Shown here piece after piece: positions 10,182 to 20,697 of a stretch of DNA of 64,000 bases. The notes under the pieces are model-generated. The model saw only the letters and a program-made list of their open reading frames with translations, was not told where the DNA came from and ran no database searches. Every line of letters begins with the position of its first letter. Within the stretch, counting starts at the first letter, position 1. Source of the stretch: an uncultured Alphaproteobacteria bacterium (GTDB taxonomy: Bacteria > Pseudomonadota > Alphaproteobacteria > ATCC43930 > CGMCC-115725); contig CAWCWA010000013.1 in assembly GCA_963799085.1 (NCBI GenBank), positions 140,314 through 204,313 of the forward strand, given 5' to 3'. The position numbers and the translations under genes are program-made.

Positions 10182-12444
10182 CGCCCCTATAAGGCGCGCC
10201 TCGCGGTGCTCCTGCGGCGCCGCGGCCGCTCTTCAGAGCGCCGAGGTCGCGCGAGGCCGCCAGCGCCGCCTCGATGTGTTCGCGCAGATCGCCTGGCCGG
10301 AAGGGCTTCTTGACCAGCGAATGCGGGCGGGCGCCGGCGGCGAGGCCGGCCGGATCGGCGTAACCGGAAATGAAAACGATCGGCAGCAGCGGCCGCGACG
10401 CCCGGACCTCGCGCGCCAGATCCGGGCCGCTCATGCCGCTCATGACGACATCGGTAAGGACCAGGTCGATCGTTCGGTCGCTTTCCAGGAGGTCGAGCGC
10501 CACCTTGCCGTTCGGCGCCTGAAGAACCCCGTAACCAAGCCCGGCCAGCACATCGGCGGTGGTGGCGCGCACCGCATCGTCGTCATCGACGACCAGCACC
10601 AGAGCGCGGCTCGCCCCGGGTTCGGCCGGCTCGCCAGGTTCCGGATCGGCATTCTCGGCCAGTGTGGGCGCGCGCGGCAGATAGACCGAGACGAGCGTGC
10701 CTTTGCCCGGGGCGCTCTCGATCTTCACGTCGCCGCCCGACTGGCGCGCCGTGCCGAAGACCTGCGACAGGCCGAGCCCCGATCCGCCGGCCGGGCCCTT
10801 GGTGGTGAAGAACGGCTCGAAGGCCTGCGCCTGCACCTCCGGGGTCATGCCGACGCCGGTGTCGCCGACCTCGACGACGACGTAGTCGCCGGCTGCGGGC
10901 TCCTCCGGCCGCACCGGCGCCGGGCGGCGACGATTCCGCGTCGCGATCGTGACCACGCCCCCTTCGGGCATGGCGTCGCGCGCGTTGATCACCAGGTTCA
11001 GGATCATCAGCTCGATCTGCGTCGGATCGACCATCGCCGGCCACAGCTGTGATGTCGGCCGGACGACCATCTCGACATGCGGCCCGAGCGCGCTTTTCAG
11101 CAATTCCTGCATGCCGTCGACGACCGCGTTGAGGTCGACCGCCCGGGGCGCCAGCGGCTGCCGCCGGGCGAAGGCAAGCAGATGTCCGGTGAGCATGGCG
11201 CCACGTTCGGCTGCCGCGCGCATCGTGCCGAGCCGCTCGCTTGCAGTTGCATCTAGTGTCGCCGAACTCTGCAGCAGATCGATGTTGCCGATCAGAACGG
11301 TCAGCAGATTGTTGAAATCGTGCGCGACGCCTCCCGTCAGCTGCCCCAGCGCCTCGATGCGCTGCGCCTGGCGCAACGCCGCCTCGGCCCGTTCGCGCTC
11401 GGCCATCTGCTCGATCAGCCTGTTATGCGCCTGCTCCGCCTGATCCCGCGCATTGCGATATTCGCCGAGCAGCGACTCGACCTGTCTCGAGCGCTGCGCC
11501 AGCAGAAACAACAACCCGACGATGGCGACCGAAGCTCCGGCCGCGACAGCGGAAAAGATCCAGGTCTGGCGCCGCCAGCTGGCGAGCACCTGGCTTTGCG
11601 CGACCGAAATATTGACGGCGAGCGGAAAGGCCTTGAGCGCGCGGATCGCGAGCACCCGGCGGCTGCCGTCGATCGGACTATCCATGACCACGGTGCCGGC
11701 GATGTCGTGGGCAAGGATGTCCTTGAACGGCGGCAATTCGGCATAGCTCTGACCGACAACGGCGTCGTCGTGCGGATAGCGCGCCAGGACGGTCCCATCG
11801 CGCAGATGCAGCAGGATCGCGCCGTTTTCGGTGAGCTCGACCGCCTTATAGAAGTCCTCGAAATAGCGCAGGTTCAGAAAGGCGACGGCGGCCCCGAAAA
11901 ATTTGCCGTCGGGGTCGGAAATCCGTCGCAGCATCAGCGCGGTCCATTTGCCGTCGGGCCCCTTGAGCGGATTGCTGAAGCGCAGCCCCGGCTCGGCCTC
12001 GACGGCCATTGCATGGATGATTTCGGTGGCGGCTGGGGGCAGCGGGCTGGGCGCGGCCGGCCGGGAAGAATAGGCCACGTGACCATCGGGATCGGCGATC
12101 GCAACTTCGGTCAGCTGCCGCACTCCGTCGATCCGCCGCCGCAGCAATTCGTCGAAAATTGCGGCATCGACCGGCGGAGAGGCGCGCGCGCTCTGCAGCG
12201 ATTCGATCACATTGCGCAGGATGAAATCGACTGTCTCGACCGCGCGTCCGGTCTGCTCGGCAAACACCATGTCGAGCCGGGCCATCTGTCGCTCGGTGTC
12301 GGCGATGACGGCCGATCGGACGGCCATCAACTGCTGCGCGGTAGCCCCGAGGATCAGCACGAGCACGGCGACCGCGAGCGCCTGCAGCGATCGGCTGACG
12401 GAGGGCGGGCCGTAGCGCCGCCGGGCCGCCGCGTCTTCGCTCAT
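10141..12444 (-). CDS. Hybrid sensor histidine kinase/response regulator (two TM helices flanking a periplasmic sensor region; HisKA, HATPase, C-terminal REC domain).
   Basis: ATG at 12444 with a GAAGGG RBS; H-box GGVAHDFNNLL; G-boxes; REC with LVLTDVVMSGMSG. Converges on metH with a 40-bp overlap. Confidence 0.75.
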   Translation of the reverse strand: MSEDAAARRRYGPPSVSRSLQALAVAVLVLILGATAQQLMAVRSAVIADTERQMARLDMVFAEQTGRAVETVDFILRNVIESLQSARASPPVDAAIFDELLRRRIDGVRQLTEVAIADPDGHVAYSSRPAAPSPLPPAATEIIHAMAVEAEPGLRFSNPLKGPDGKWTALMLRRISDPDGKFFGAAVAFLNLRYFEDFYKAVELTENGAILLHLRDGTVLARYPHDDAVVGQSYAELPPFKDILAHDIAGTVVMDSPIDGSRRVLAIRALKAFPLAVNISVAQSQVLASWRRQTWIFSAVAAGASVAIVGLLFLLAQRSRQVESLLGEYRNARDQAEQAHNRLIEQMAERERAEAALRQAQRIEALGQLTGGVAHDFNNLLTVLIGNIDLLQSSATLDATASERLGTMRAAAERGAMLTGHLLAFARRQPLAPRAVDLNAVVDGMQELLKSALGPHVEMVVRPTSQLWPAMVDPTQIELMILNLVINARDAMPEGGVVTIATRNRRRPAPVRPEEPAAGDYVVVEVGDTGVGMTPEVQAQAFEPFFTTKGPAGGSGLGLSQVFGTARQSGGDVKIESAPGKGTLVSVYLPRAPTLAENADPEPGEPAEPGASRALVLVVDDDDAVRATTADVLAGLGYGVLQAPNGKVALDLLESDRTIDLVLTDVVMSGMSGPDLAREVRASRPLLPIVFISGYADPAGLAAGARPHSLVKKPFRPGDLREHIEAALAASRDLGALKSGRGAAGAPRGAPYRGVTPKSTSPGGGGR

Positions 12445-14809
12445 CGCCAACCCTTCGGCGTCCCGAACGCCGGTCAGGATGGGGAGCGGTGCGCGGATGG
12501 CGCGCCACAATTTTTCCGGCGTCGCGGGCGCCGCGACCTCGGCTGCGCCAATGTGGAAGAGCGCATCGTTGACGGCGTTCATCACCGCCGGGATTGCCCC
12601 CAATGTGCCGGCCTCGCCCACCCCCTTGACGCCAAGAGGATTGCGCCCGGTCAAGGTCGGATTGTTGGCAAGGGTGAAATCGCAGAAATCGTCGGCGCGA
12701 GGCATCGCGTAATCCTGGAACGACCCCGACAATAATTGCCCACTTGACGGATCATAGACGAGATTTTCGAACAAGGCTTGACCGATCCCTTGGACGATCC
12801 CGCCTTGGATTTGGCCTTCGCAGAGCAGCGGGTTCAGCACCCGGCCGACATCGTCCACCGCGACATAGCGGGTCAGTAAGGCTTCTCCCGTTTCGAGGTC
12901 GATCTCGATCTCGGCGAGATGAGCGCCGCTCGGAAACGTCGCCGAGCCCGCGGGCCCGAAATTTGCCCGCTCGGTAAAGCCGGGTTCGATGTCGTTCGGC
13001 AAAAAGCCGGCCTCGAACGACCGCCTGGCGACCTCTGCGAGCGTCACCGAGCGGTCGGTGCCGGCGATCGCGAACCGGCCTTTTGCGAAGACGATGTCGT
13101 CGGTCGCGGCTTCGAGCATGTGGCCGGCGATGCGGCGGCCCTTCTCAATCAGCCGGTCGGCGGCCACAACGATCGCCGAGCCGGCAAGCTGCGCCGACCG
13201 CGAGCCGAAGGTGCCGATCCCCATCGTGACGAGATCGCTGTCGCCGTAGCGGTAGCGGATCAGCTCGGCGTCGATCCCGAGCTTTTCCGACAGCACCTGC
13301 TTGAACGTCGTGCCATGACCCTGGCCATGGTCCATGCTGCCGGTCATCAAGACAACGCCGCCCGACGCGTCAAAGCGGATTTCCGCATGCTCGTAATCGC
13401 GCCCGCCGGTCGCCGCCACCGCCGTCGCCACGCCGACGCCCAGAAGCCTGCCGCGCGCCTTGGCCGCCGCCCGCCGCCCGGCAACTCCGTCGTAGCCCGC
13501 AAGGCGCAGACAGTCCTCGAGGTTCTTGGCGAAATCGCCCAAATCGTAGGTCTGGCCGAGAACCGTCGTGAACGGCATCGCCGTTGGCGGGATGGTATTG
13601 CGCCGGCGCAATTCCGCGGGTTCGACGCCGAGCTCGCGCGCCGCCTTATCGATGATCGTCTCGACGACGTAGATCGGCTCCGGCCGGCTGCCGCCGCGAT
13701 AGGGCGCGATCGACATCGTATTGGTCAGGACCGCCACGACTTCGGCATGGACCGCCGGGATGCCGTAGGTGTTGACGAGGCAGCCGAGGCCGATCGTCAG
13801 CGGGATCGTCGGGCGGTCGGTCGAATAATAGGCGCCGATCGCCGCCCGCCAGCTGGCGTGCAGCCCGAGAAACCGCCCGTCCTTGTCGAGTGCGAGGGCC
13901 GTGTCCACGATGCTGCCGCGGCCCTGCTCGTCGCTCATCAGCCCTTCGCTGCGCTCGGCGATCCAGCGAACCGGCCGATCGACGACTTTCGACGCCCACA
14001 GTGAGAGCGCGTATTCGGGATAGCAGCCGCCCTTCATGCCGAAGCCGCCGCCCATATTGTCGCAAAGGACGCGTATCTGGTGCTGTGGCACCTTGAAGAT
14101 ATGGTCGGCGAGTGCTGTGCGGGTCGCGTGCACCGACTGGATCGTGCAGCGGATCGTATAGCGGCGGTCCTGGTCGCCGTCGTATTGCGCGAGGCAGCCG
14201 CGCGGCTCCATCGAATTGGCGGTTACCCGGTTGATCGCGATTTCGTGGCGGACGATCCGATCAGCCCTGGCGAAGGCCGCAGCGACCGCGTTCCGGTCGC
14301 CGATCTCGTGGCAGAAGGCCTCGTTGCCTGGATTGGCGTCCCACACATTGGGGGCGCCCGGCATGAGCGCCTGGTCAGCGGTAATGACAGCCGGCAGCGG
14401 CTCGTACTCGGCGGCGATCGCTTCGGCCGCGTCTTTGGCGTCATTCAGCGTCTCGGCGACGACAAAAGCCACCGGGTCGCCGACATAGCGGACCCGGCCC
14501 TGCGCCAGGAGCGGCTGCGGGCAGACAAAAGCCGGGCTGCCGTTGCGCCTTTTGCGCGGTACGCCCGGGCGCAGAGTGCCGAGCCCGCGGCGCTGGAGAT
14601 CGGCCCCGGTCAGCACGCAGAGGACACCCGGCATCCCTCTTGCAGCCGCCGTATCGATCGAGACGATCCGCATGCGCATGCGGCGAACGCAGCACGTAGC
14701 CGCGCGCCTCGCCCGCCTCCCGGACATCGTCGACATAGCGGCCCCGGCCGCGCAGCAGCCGCCAATCCTCCTCCCGCCGCACCGGTTCGCCGATCGCCTG
14801 CACGCTCAT
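12445..14809 (-). CDS. CoxL/xanthine-dehydrogenase-family molybdopterin-binding large subunit; frame break near 14670 and no in-frame stop before the kinase ATG.
   Basis: N-terminus MSVQAIGEPVRREEDWRLLRGRGRYVDD...SPHAHA lies in one frame and RIVSIDTAAARGMPGV onward in another; the C-terminal PATPEKLW motif then runs in-frame into MSEDAA of the kinase. Confidence 0.65.
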
Positions 14810-14829
14810 CAGTTCTTCTCCGAGAAGAG

Positions 14830-15852
14830 TCATGCCGGGCGGGTCGGGACGGCCGCGAGCCGGACCAGCAATTTGCCGAAATTGCGGCCTTGCAGCAGGC
14901 CGATGAAGGCTTCCGGCGCGCGGTCGAGGCCGTCGACGATGTCCTCGCGATATTTTAGCGCGCCATCTCTGACCAGCGGCGCCGCCATCGCGCGGTATTC
15001 GCCGAAGCGACGCCAATGGTCGCCGACGATGAAGCCCTGGATATGCAGACGCTTGCGCACCGCGGCCATCAGGTTGGGGCCGGGGCGGGGCTCGACATCA
15101 TTATATTCCGACACCATGCCGCACATGATCATGCGGCCAAAATCGTTGAGGCGCGGGAACACCGCCTGCTGCACCGGGCCGCCGACATTCTCGAAATAGA
15201 CGTCGATGCCGTTCGGGCAGGCCCGGTCGAGGGCTGCTTCGAGACCGGCCGAGCGGTGGTCGAGGCAGGCGTCGAAGCCGAGTTCGGTTTCGACATAGCG
15301 GCATTTGTCGCTGCCGCCGGCGATGCCGACGACCCGCGCGCCGGCGCGCTTGGCAAGCTGGCCCACAACCGCGCCGACCGCGCCCGAAGCGGCGGAAACG
15401 ACGACGGTCTCGCCGGCCTTCGGCTTGCCGATCGTGTCGAGGCCGACATAGGCGGTCAGCCCCGGCATGCCGAGCACACCCAGCGCCGTCGACAGCGGCG
15501 CGTCCACCGGGTCGAGCTTGACGAGGCCGCTCCCGGCGACCGCGCTATAGAGCTGCCAGCCGGCGCCGCCGAGGACGAAATCCCCCGCGGCGAAATTCGG
15601 GTCGCGGGAGCGCACGACTTCTCCGACGACCCGGCCCTCCATGACGCCGCCGATCTCGACCGGCTTTGCATAGGAGCGCGCGGCGCTGATCCGGCCGCGC
15701 ATATAGGGGTCGAGCGACAGATAGACGCCGCGCACCAGCACCTCGCCGGCGTCGGGATCCGGCAGCGGCGCATCGACGATGTCGAAATCGGCTGGCTGCG
15801 GCATGCCGGTCGGTCGCCGCTTCAGCCGCACCTGTCGGTTTTGGTTGTCCAT
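14830..15852 (-). CDS. NADP-dependent oxidoreductase, medium-chain dehydrogenase/reductase family (YncB/CurA-like).
   Basis: 340 aa; Rossmann motif AASGAVGAVVGQLAK; N-terminal GroES-like fold. Confidence 0.7.
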   Translation of the reverse strand: MDNQNRQVRLKRRPTGMPQPADFDIVDAPLPDPDAGEVLVRGVYLSLDPYMRGRISAARSYAKPVEIGGVMEGRVVGEVVRSRDPNFAAGDFVLGGAGWQLYSAVAGSGLVKLDPVDAPLSTALGVLGMPGLTAYVGLDTIGKPKAGETVVVSAASGAVGAVVGQLAKRAGARVVGIAGGSDKCRYVETELGFDACLDHRSAGLEAALDRACPNGIDVYFENVGGPVQQAVFPRLNDFGRMIMCGMVSEYNDVEPRPGPNLMAAVRKRLHIQGFIVGDHWRRFGEYRAMAAPLVRDGALKYREDIVDGLDRAPEAFIGLLQGRNFGKLLVRLAAVPTRPA

Positions 15853-15980
15853 CTGCCTGCCCCTCCCCGTCAGCTGCGGGCAAGCTTAACCAAGCGCGCA
15901 CAGAAGCGCCATTGTCGGGGTGACCGCGGAGGCGCTCGGCATTAAGATCGCCGCCGCAGCGACCAAAGAGGAGATGCGCC

Positions 15981-16766
15981 GTGGCTCCCAGCCTTCGCAA
16001 TGCCGCCCGCGACCGGCTCGACGCCGGCGAATTGGCTCTCGGCGTCGGCCTCCGGCAGAGCCGCACCGTCGACATCGCTGCGATCATGAAGGCATGCGGC
16101 TATGATTGGCTGTTCCTCGACCTCGAACACAATTCGATGGATCTCGACACGGCCGTTCAGATCTCTGTCGCGGCACTCGGCGCCGGCATCGCCCCGATCG
16201 CGCGGGTGCCGGCGGGACAGCATTGGCTGGCGACCCGGATCCTCGACGGCGGCGGGCTCGGCATCGTCATGCCGCATGTCGACAGCGCCGCCGAGGCGCG
16301 CGAGATCGCCGACCGGCTGCGCTATCCGCCGCTGGGCCACCGCTCGATCGCGGGCGGGCTGCCGCATTTCGGCTACGCACCGGTGTCGACCGCCGAGGCC
16401 TGTACGGCGATCAACGCCGCCACCCTCGTCGTCGTCATGCTCGAAACGCCGCAGGCGATCGCCAACTCGGCGGAAATCGCGGCGGTGCCGGGCATCGACT
16501 CGCTCTTGATCGGCACCAGCGATCTCTCGATCGAAATGGGCATCGCGGGCCAGTTCGCCGACGAGCGGATCGTGTCGGCCTATCGCACGGTGACCGATGC
16601 GTGCCGCACACACGGCAAATTCGCCGGCATCGGCGGCGTTTACGAAGAGGGGCTGCTGCGCCGCTATATCGGCATGGGCGTGCGCCTCGTCCTCGGCGGC
16701 GGCGATCTCGGCTTCATGATGGCGGCCGCCGCCGAGCGGGCGAAAATCCTGCGCGACTGCCGCTGA
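15981..16766 (+). CDS. HpcH/HpaI-family aldolase (2-keto-3-deoxy acid aldolase).
   Basis: GTG start at 15981 preceded by AAAGAGGAG; motifs LFLDLEHN, VMLETPQAIAN, IGTSDLS. Confidence 0.7.
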   Translation: MAPSLRNAARDRLDAGELALGVGLRQSRTVDIAAIMKACGYDWLFLDLEHNSMDLDTAVQISVAALGAGIAPIARVPAGQHWLATRILDGGGLGIVMPHVDSAAEAREIADRLRYPPLGHRSIAGGLPHFGYAPVSTAEACTAINAATLVVVMLETPQAIANSAEIAAVPGIDSLLIGTSDLSIEMGIAGQFADERIVSAYRTVTDACRTHGKFAGIGGVYEEGLLRRYIGMGVRLVLGGGDLGFMMAAAAERAKILRDCR

Positions 16767-16837
16767 AGACCTTTTTGCTCGGGCGCCGTGCGTCGGGCGG
16801 GCCGCGCGCCCCCGACATTCTGCGCGGCGTTCTTTTG

Positions 16838-17683
16838 ATGTGCCTCGGCGTCGCGGTGTTCCCGTTTATGAACGCCGCGGTCAAGCTGCTCGCCGCGCAC
16901 TACCCGGTCATGCAGATCGTCTGGGCGCGGTTCACCGGCCACCTGATCGTGATGCTGGTCGTGTTCCTGCCGCACTACGGGCGCCGGCTCTTTGCGACGC
17001 GGCGGCCGGATATCCAGATCGGGCGCTCGCTATTGATGCTGGTCAGCAACCTTGTCTTTGTCATGGCGATCGGCCGGGTGCCGCTGGCGACCGCTTCGGC
17101 GATCGGCTTCACCTCGCCCCTGATCGTCACCGCGCTCTCGGTGCCGCTGCTGCGCGAGCATGTCGGGGTCAGGCGCTGGAGTGCGGTTCTGGTCGGCTTT
17201 GCCGGGGCACTCCTGATCATCCGCCCCGGCAGCGGCCTCCAGGACCCGGCGGTGCTGCTGCTGCTCGTTTCGGCCGCCTCCTATGCGCTCTATCAGATCG
17301 CGACGCGCTGGATCGCCGCCTACGACAGTGCTGCGACCGGCATCGTCTTTTCCGCCCTGCTCGGCTCGCTGGCGATGAGCGCGGTCCTGCCCTTTGTCTT
17401 CGTCATGCCGCAAAGCCTCTTCGATCTCGCGCTTTTCGCCAGCCTGGGGCTGATCGGCGGCGGCGGGCATTACCTGATCATCCGCGCCTTTCAGCACGCG
17501 CCGGCCGCGGTCCTGGCCCCGCTCGGCTATGTCGAGTTGATCGGCACGACGATCCTCGGCTATCTGATTTTCGGCAATTTTCCTGATGCGTGGACCTGGG
17601 TGGGCGCCGCGGTGATCATCGCCTCCGGCCTTTACATCGCGTTGCGCGAACGCCGCTTGCGCGCCCGCGGAGCGCCGTCGTAG
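16838..17683 (+). CDS. DMT-superfamily (EamA-like) transporter with 10 predicted TM segments.
   Basis: Two EamA repeats; start may be the upstream in-frame TTG at 16775. Confidence 0.65.
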   Translation: MCLGVAVFPFMNAAVKLLAAHYPVMQIVWARFTGHLIVMLVVFLPHYGRRLFATRRPDIQIGRSLLMLVSNLVFVMAIGRVPLATASAIGFTSPLIVTALSVPLLREHVGVRRWSAVLVGFAGALLIIRPGSGLQDPAVLLLLVSAASYALYQIATRWIAAYDSAATGIVFSALLGSLAMSAVLPFVFVMPQSLFDLALFASLGLIGGGGHYLIIRAFQHAPAAVLAPLGYVELIGTTILGYLIFGNFPDAWTWVGAAVIIASGLYIALRERRLRARGAPS

Positions 17684-17739
17684 CTGTCGTCCGGGAGTTT
17701 TTCCGCTTTCGTGTCGTTGATCGAATGTGGCCAGGAGCC

Positions 17740-18087
17740 ATGGCATCAAACCTGCGGGGAACGGCGATGGACGAAAATCAGGTGGGAGTGCAGGTCGGCA
17801 AGATCGGCAATGAAGCAAAGTCGGCGGCGGAGACGGTCGTCGATCTGGCGTCAAAGGCGCGAAGCGCCGCCGTAGAGACCGGCAGCGCGATCCGCGACAA
17901 GGCGATCGAAACCGGCAGGCAGGTCAGCGACGCCGCGGCCGAGACCTATCGGCGAGGCGTGCAGGCAAGCGAATATGTGAAAAAGAATACCGCCGAACAG
18001 CCGCTGACTGCGCTGCTGGTTGCCGGCGCTATCGGCTTCGGCCTTGCCTATATGATCTTTCGCGACGCGAAGAGCCGCCGGGAATAA
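17740..18087 (+). CDS. DUF883 (ElaB/YqjD-like) C-tail-anchored membrane protein.
   Basis: AGGAG RBS 3 nt before the ATG at 17740; helical N-terminal part and C-terminal TM helix LTALLVAGAIGFGLAYMIF. Confidence 0.5.
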   Translation: MASNLRGTAMDENQVGVQVGKIGNEAKSAAETVVDLASKARSAAVETGSAIRDKAIETGRQVSDAAAETYRRGVQASEYVKKNTAEQPLTALLVAGAIGFGLAYMIFRDAKSRRE

Positions 18088-18212
18088 GACCCGACGGCTC
18101 CGCGACGAAGGTGCGCTTGCGTTCCGGCCCCGAGGAACCCAATTGCGGGCCGGCTTGCGAGATGTGGGGCGAACTCATGTCGGCCAGCTTACACCCGGAT
18201 TAATTTGGCGTA

Positions 18213-18395
18213 ATGTCGGGCATGCGTCGCCGCTACGGATGTTCGAGCTTGGGATTGGTGCTGATCGCGGCCGCTCTCGCGGCGATGCTGGCGGGCTGCG
18301 GCTTTACGGCGGGCGGCAACGCCTATCTTGGCCCGAATCCCGGCGGCGGCTTTTATTGTCCGCACAACATCTACGAAGGCTGCGCCTATCCCTGA
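18213..18395 (+). CDS. Small putative lipoprotein.
   Basis: Signal peptide with lipobox AMLAGC; 60 aa; no recognisable homology. Confidence 0.3.
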   Translation: MSGMRRRYGCSSLGLVLIAAALAAMLAGCGFTAGGNAYLGPNPGGGFYCPHNIYEGCAYP

Positions 18396-18444
18396 CGCGG
18401 ATGGCGATTCACGGCGACGGGCGCGACGATCTTCCCGCGGGCGC

Positions 18445-18957
18445 TCAATCCCGCTGCATCAAACTTGCGTCAATCTTGGGCGGCGTGCGCAGGCTTTGCA
18501 GGACGACGCAATAGCGCTCGGTCAATCGCAACAGGTTCTGGCGGCGGTCTTCCGGCTCGTCGGTGTCGAGCGTGAAGCTCAGACGGATTTCGCGAAAGCC
18601 GACCGGGGCGGCGCGATCGACGCCGAGCGTGCCGCGGAAATCGAGATCACCCTCGGCGCTGACCGCACCACCGCGCAGGCGGAAATCGATCGCCGTCGCG
18701 ACCGCCTTCAAGGTGACGCCGGCGCAGGCGACCAGCGCTTCGAGCAGCATGTCGCCGGAACACGCCTCGAGCCCGCTGCCGCCGGTTGCGGGATGCAGCC
18801 CGGCCTCGACCAATGCCCGCCCGGTCTCGACTTTGCACGCGATCCCCTCCCCGGCAAGGTCGCCATGGGCCTGCAGCGTCACGACCGCCGCCGTGGGGTC
18901 GTCGCGGTATTTCTCCTTTAGCGGCGCCTGAAGTTCACGAAGTCCGGCGCTGTCCAT
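18445..18957 (-). CDS. OsmC/Ohr-family peroxiredoxin-like protein.
   Basis: 170 aa; OsmC-like fold motifs (ACSGDMLLEALVACAG, EIRLSFTLDT). Confidence 0.7.
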   Translation of the reverse strand: MDSAGLRELQAPLKEKYRDDPTAAVVTLQAHGDLAGEGIACKVETGRALVEAGLHPATGGSGLEACSGDMLLEALVACAGVTLKAVATAIDFRLRGGAVSAEGDLDFRGTLGVDRAAPVGFREIRLSFTLDTDEPEDRRQNLLRLTERYCVVLQSLRTPPKIDASLMQRD

Positions 18958-19098
18958 TCTTCACCTCGGCCTCGGCTCGCCCACTCGGCACGAAGAATAG
19001 CATGCGCGGCCGGCGGCGGCGCCCACCGGATTTCCCCATCCTAACCCTCGCCAGGCGTTACCGCTTGCCGCCGACGGGACGGCGCCGCGCGAGCCGCC

Positions 19099-20697
19099 TC
19101 AGCCCGATGCCGCCAGCCGGAAGCCGGCCTGGCCGTCGCGGGCGATCTCGCCCGGCAATTCCGTCTCCCAGCGCAGATAGGCTTCCATCGCCGCGCGGTT
19201 GCCGGCATGGCGGTCGTGGTTCCAGAAGAGGTAGTCGATGCGCTCGGCGTCGGGCGGATCACCGGGCGAGGCCACTAGCGGCAATCCCGCGCGCTTCCAG
19301 CCCGCCGCGCCGCCCGTAACAAGCACGATCTCGGCGTTCCCAAGTTCGGCGAGATCGATTGCGGCAAGCCGTCCGAGGGCCTCGTCCTCGGCAAGGAGCG
19401 CGATGCGCGGCGCAGAGAGCACTGCGGGCGGCAGCCGGTCGAGGCGCGGCCGAATGCTCCAAACCGCACCCGGCGGGTGCGCCTCGCGAAAAGCCGCACT
19501 CGGCCCGAGACATACCGCCCCCGCACCCTCGCCAAGCCACTGCGCCGCCGTCGCTGGCTCGATCTGCTGCGTCTGCGGCAGCGCCGGCGGGGTCTGGATG
19601 CCGGCGCCGGTCGCCAGCGCCCCGCCCGCGAGCGCGTCGTCGAGGACCTGCACGTCCCAGCCCATCTGCTTGAGCCAATGGGCGGTCATCACGGCGCGGG
19701 CGCCGGTGTCGTCGACCAGCACGAGGCGGGCGCCGCGGCTCCCGACCCAGCGGTCGATCGCCTGCACCAGCTGCCCGCCGGGCGCCGAGACCGAACCCGG
19801 CAGGTGCCCGGCCGCGAACTCCTCGGGGGTTCGGACATCGAGAACATGCGTCGTCCGGGCCTCGCTTTCGGCGAGCCAGGCGTCGAGCGTCCGGCGGTCT
19901 ATTCGGCGCACGCCGAACCGAGCAGCGACCCCGGCAGCACGCCCCCGCGCCGTTGCTGTGGCGGCGTTGCTGACCGGGGCCAAGCCGTCGCCCAGCCCGT
20001 TCGCCAATTCGAGCCCGGCAAGCCGCCAGCCCTGGGTTCCGCCGGCGAGCGACATGACCCGGTTCGGAACCCCGGCATTGATCAGCGATTGTGCGCCGAT
20101 GATGCCGCGGGTGCGCCCGGCGCAGGACACGACGACTAGCGTATCGGGCGACGGCACCGCGTCGGCGAAGCGGTGAACCAATTCGGCGCCGGGACAGGGA
20201 ACCGCGCCCGGCACATGAAAGCGCGAATATTCGTCGAGCGGCCGGCTGTCGAGCACCGTCACCTTGGCGCCGGAACGCCGCAGCCGGTCGAGCTCGTCGG
20301 CCGAAATCGCCGGGGTGCCGCATTCGTGCTCGATGATCTCGGCGAAAGCCTTACTCGGAACGTTGCTGCTCGGAAAGAGCGGATGCCCGGCCGCTGCCCA
20401 CGCCGCGACCCCGCCGCCCAGTATCCGTACCTCGCCATAGCCGAGCCCATCGAGGCGCCGCGCGGCCCGCTCGGCCACACCGTTGTCGTCATCGATCAGC
20501 ACGATGCGGCAGGAACGCCGTGGCACGAGCCGGGCGATGTCGAGTTCGAGCCGACTGTAAGGCAGGTTGACTGCCAGCAGCGGATGGCCCTCGCCGTGCT
20601 GACCCTCCTCGCGAACGTCGATGAAGGCGATCTCGCCACCGGCGCCGAGCCATCCCCTCACGGTTTCGACATCGACCGGCGTTGCAGCTGAATTCAT
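19099..20697 (-). CDS. Multi-domain rhodanese sulfurtransferase with four tandem rhodanese modules.
   Basis: 532 aa; repeated rhodanese signatures including a CAGRTRG active-site-loop-type motif. Confidence 0.75.
   Translation of the reverse strand: MNSAATPVDVETVRGWLGAGGEIAFIDVREEGQHGEGHPLLAVNLPYSRLELDIARLVPRRSCRIVLIDDDNGVAERAARRLDGLGYGEVRILGGGVAAWAAAGHPLFPSSNVPSKAFAEIIEHECGTPAISADELDRLRRSGAKVTVLDSRPLDEYSRFHVPGAVPCPGAELVHRFADAVPSPDTLVVVSCAGRTRGIIGAQSLINAGVPNRVMSLAGGTQGWRLAGLELANGLGDGLAPVSNAATATARGRAAGVAARFGVRRIDRRTLDAWLAESEARTTHVLDVRTPEEFAAGHLPGSVSAPGGQLVQAIDRWVGSRGARLVLVDDTGARAVMTAHWLKQMGWDVQVLDDALAGGALATGAGIQTPPALPQTQQIEPATAAQWLGEGAGAVCLGPSAAFREAHPPGAVWSIRPRLDRLPPAVLSAPRIALLAEDEALGRLAAIDLAELGNAEIVLVTGGAAGWKRAGLPLVASPGDPPDAERIDYLFWNHDRHAGNRAAMEAYLRWETELPGEIARDGQAGFRLAASG

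Noticed and set aside
12479-12712. Small plus-strand ORFs inside the histidine-kinase and XDH genes (12212-12415, 12479-12712, 12989-13249).
   Set aside because: Antisense chance ORFs with no RBS or homology.
18143-18514. 123-aa ORF overlapping the small lipoprotein gene.
   Set aside because: Arg/Gly-rich alternative frame; the 60-aa lipobox-containing frame is the better candidate and even that is low confidence.
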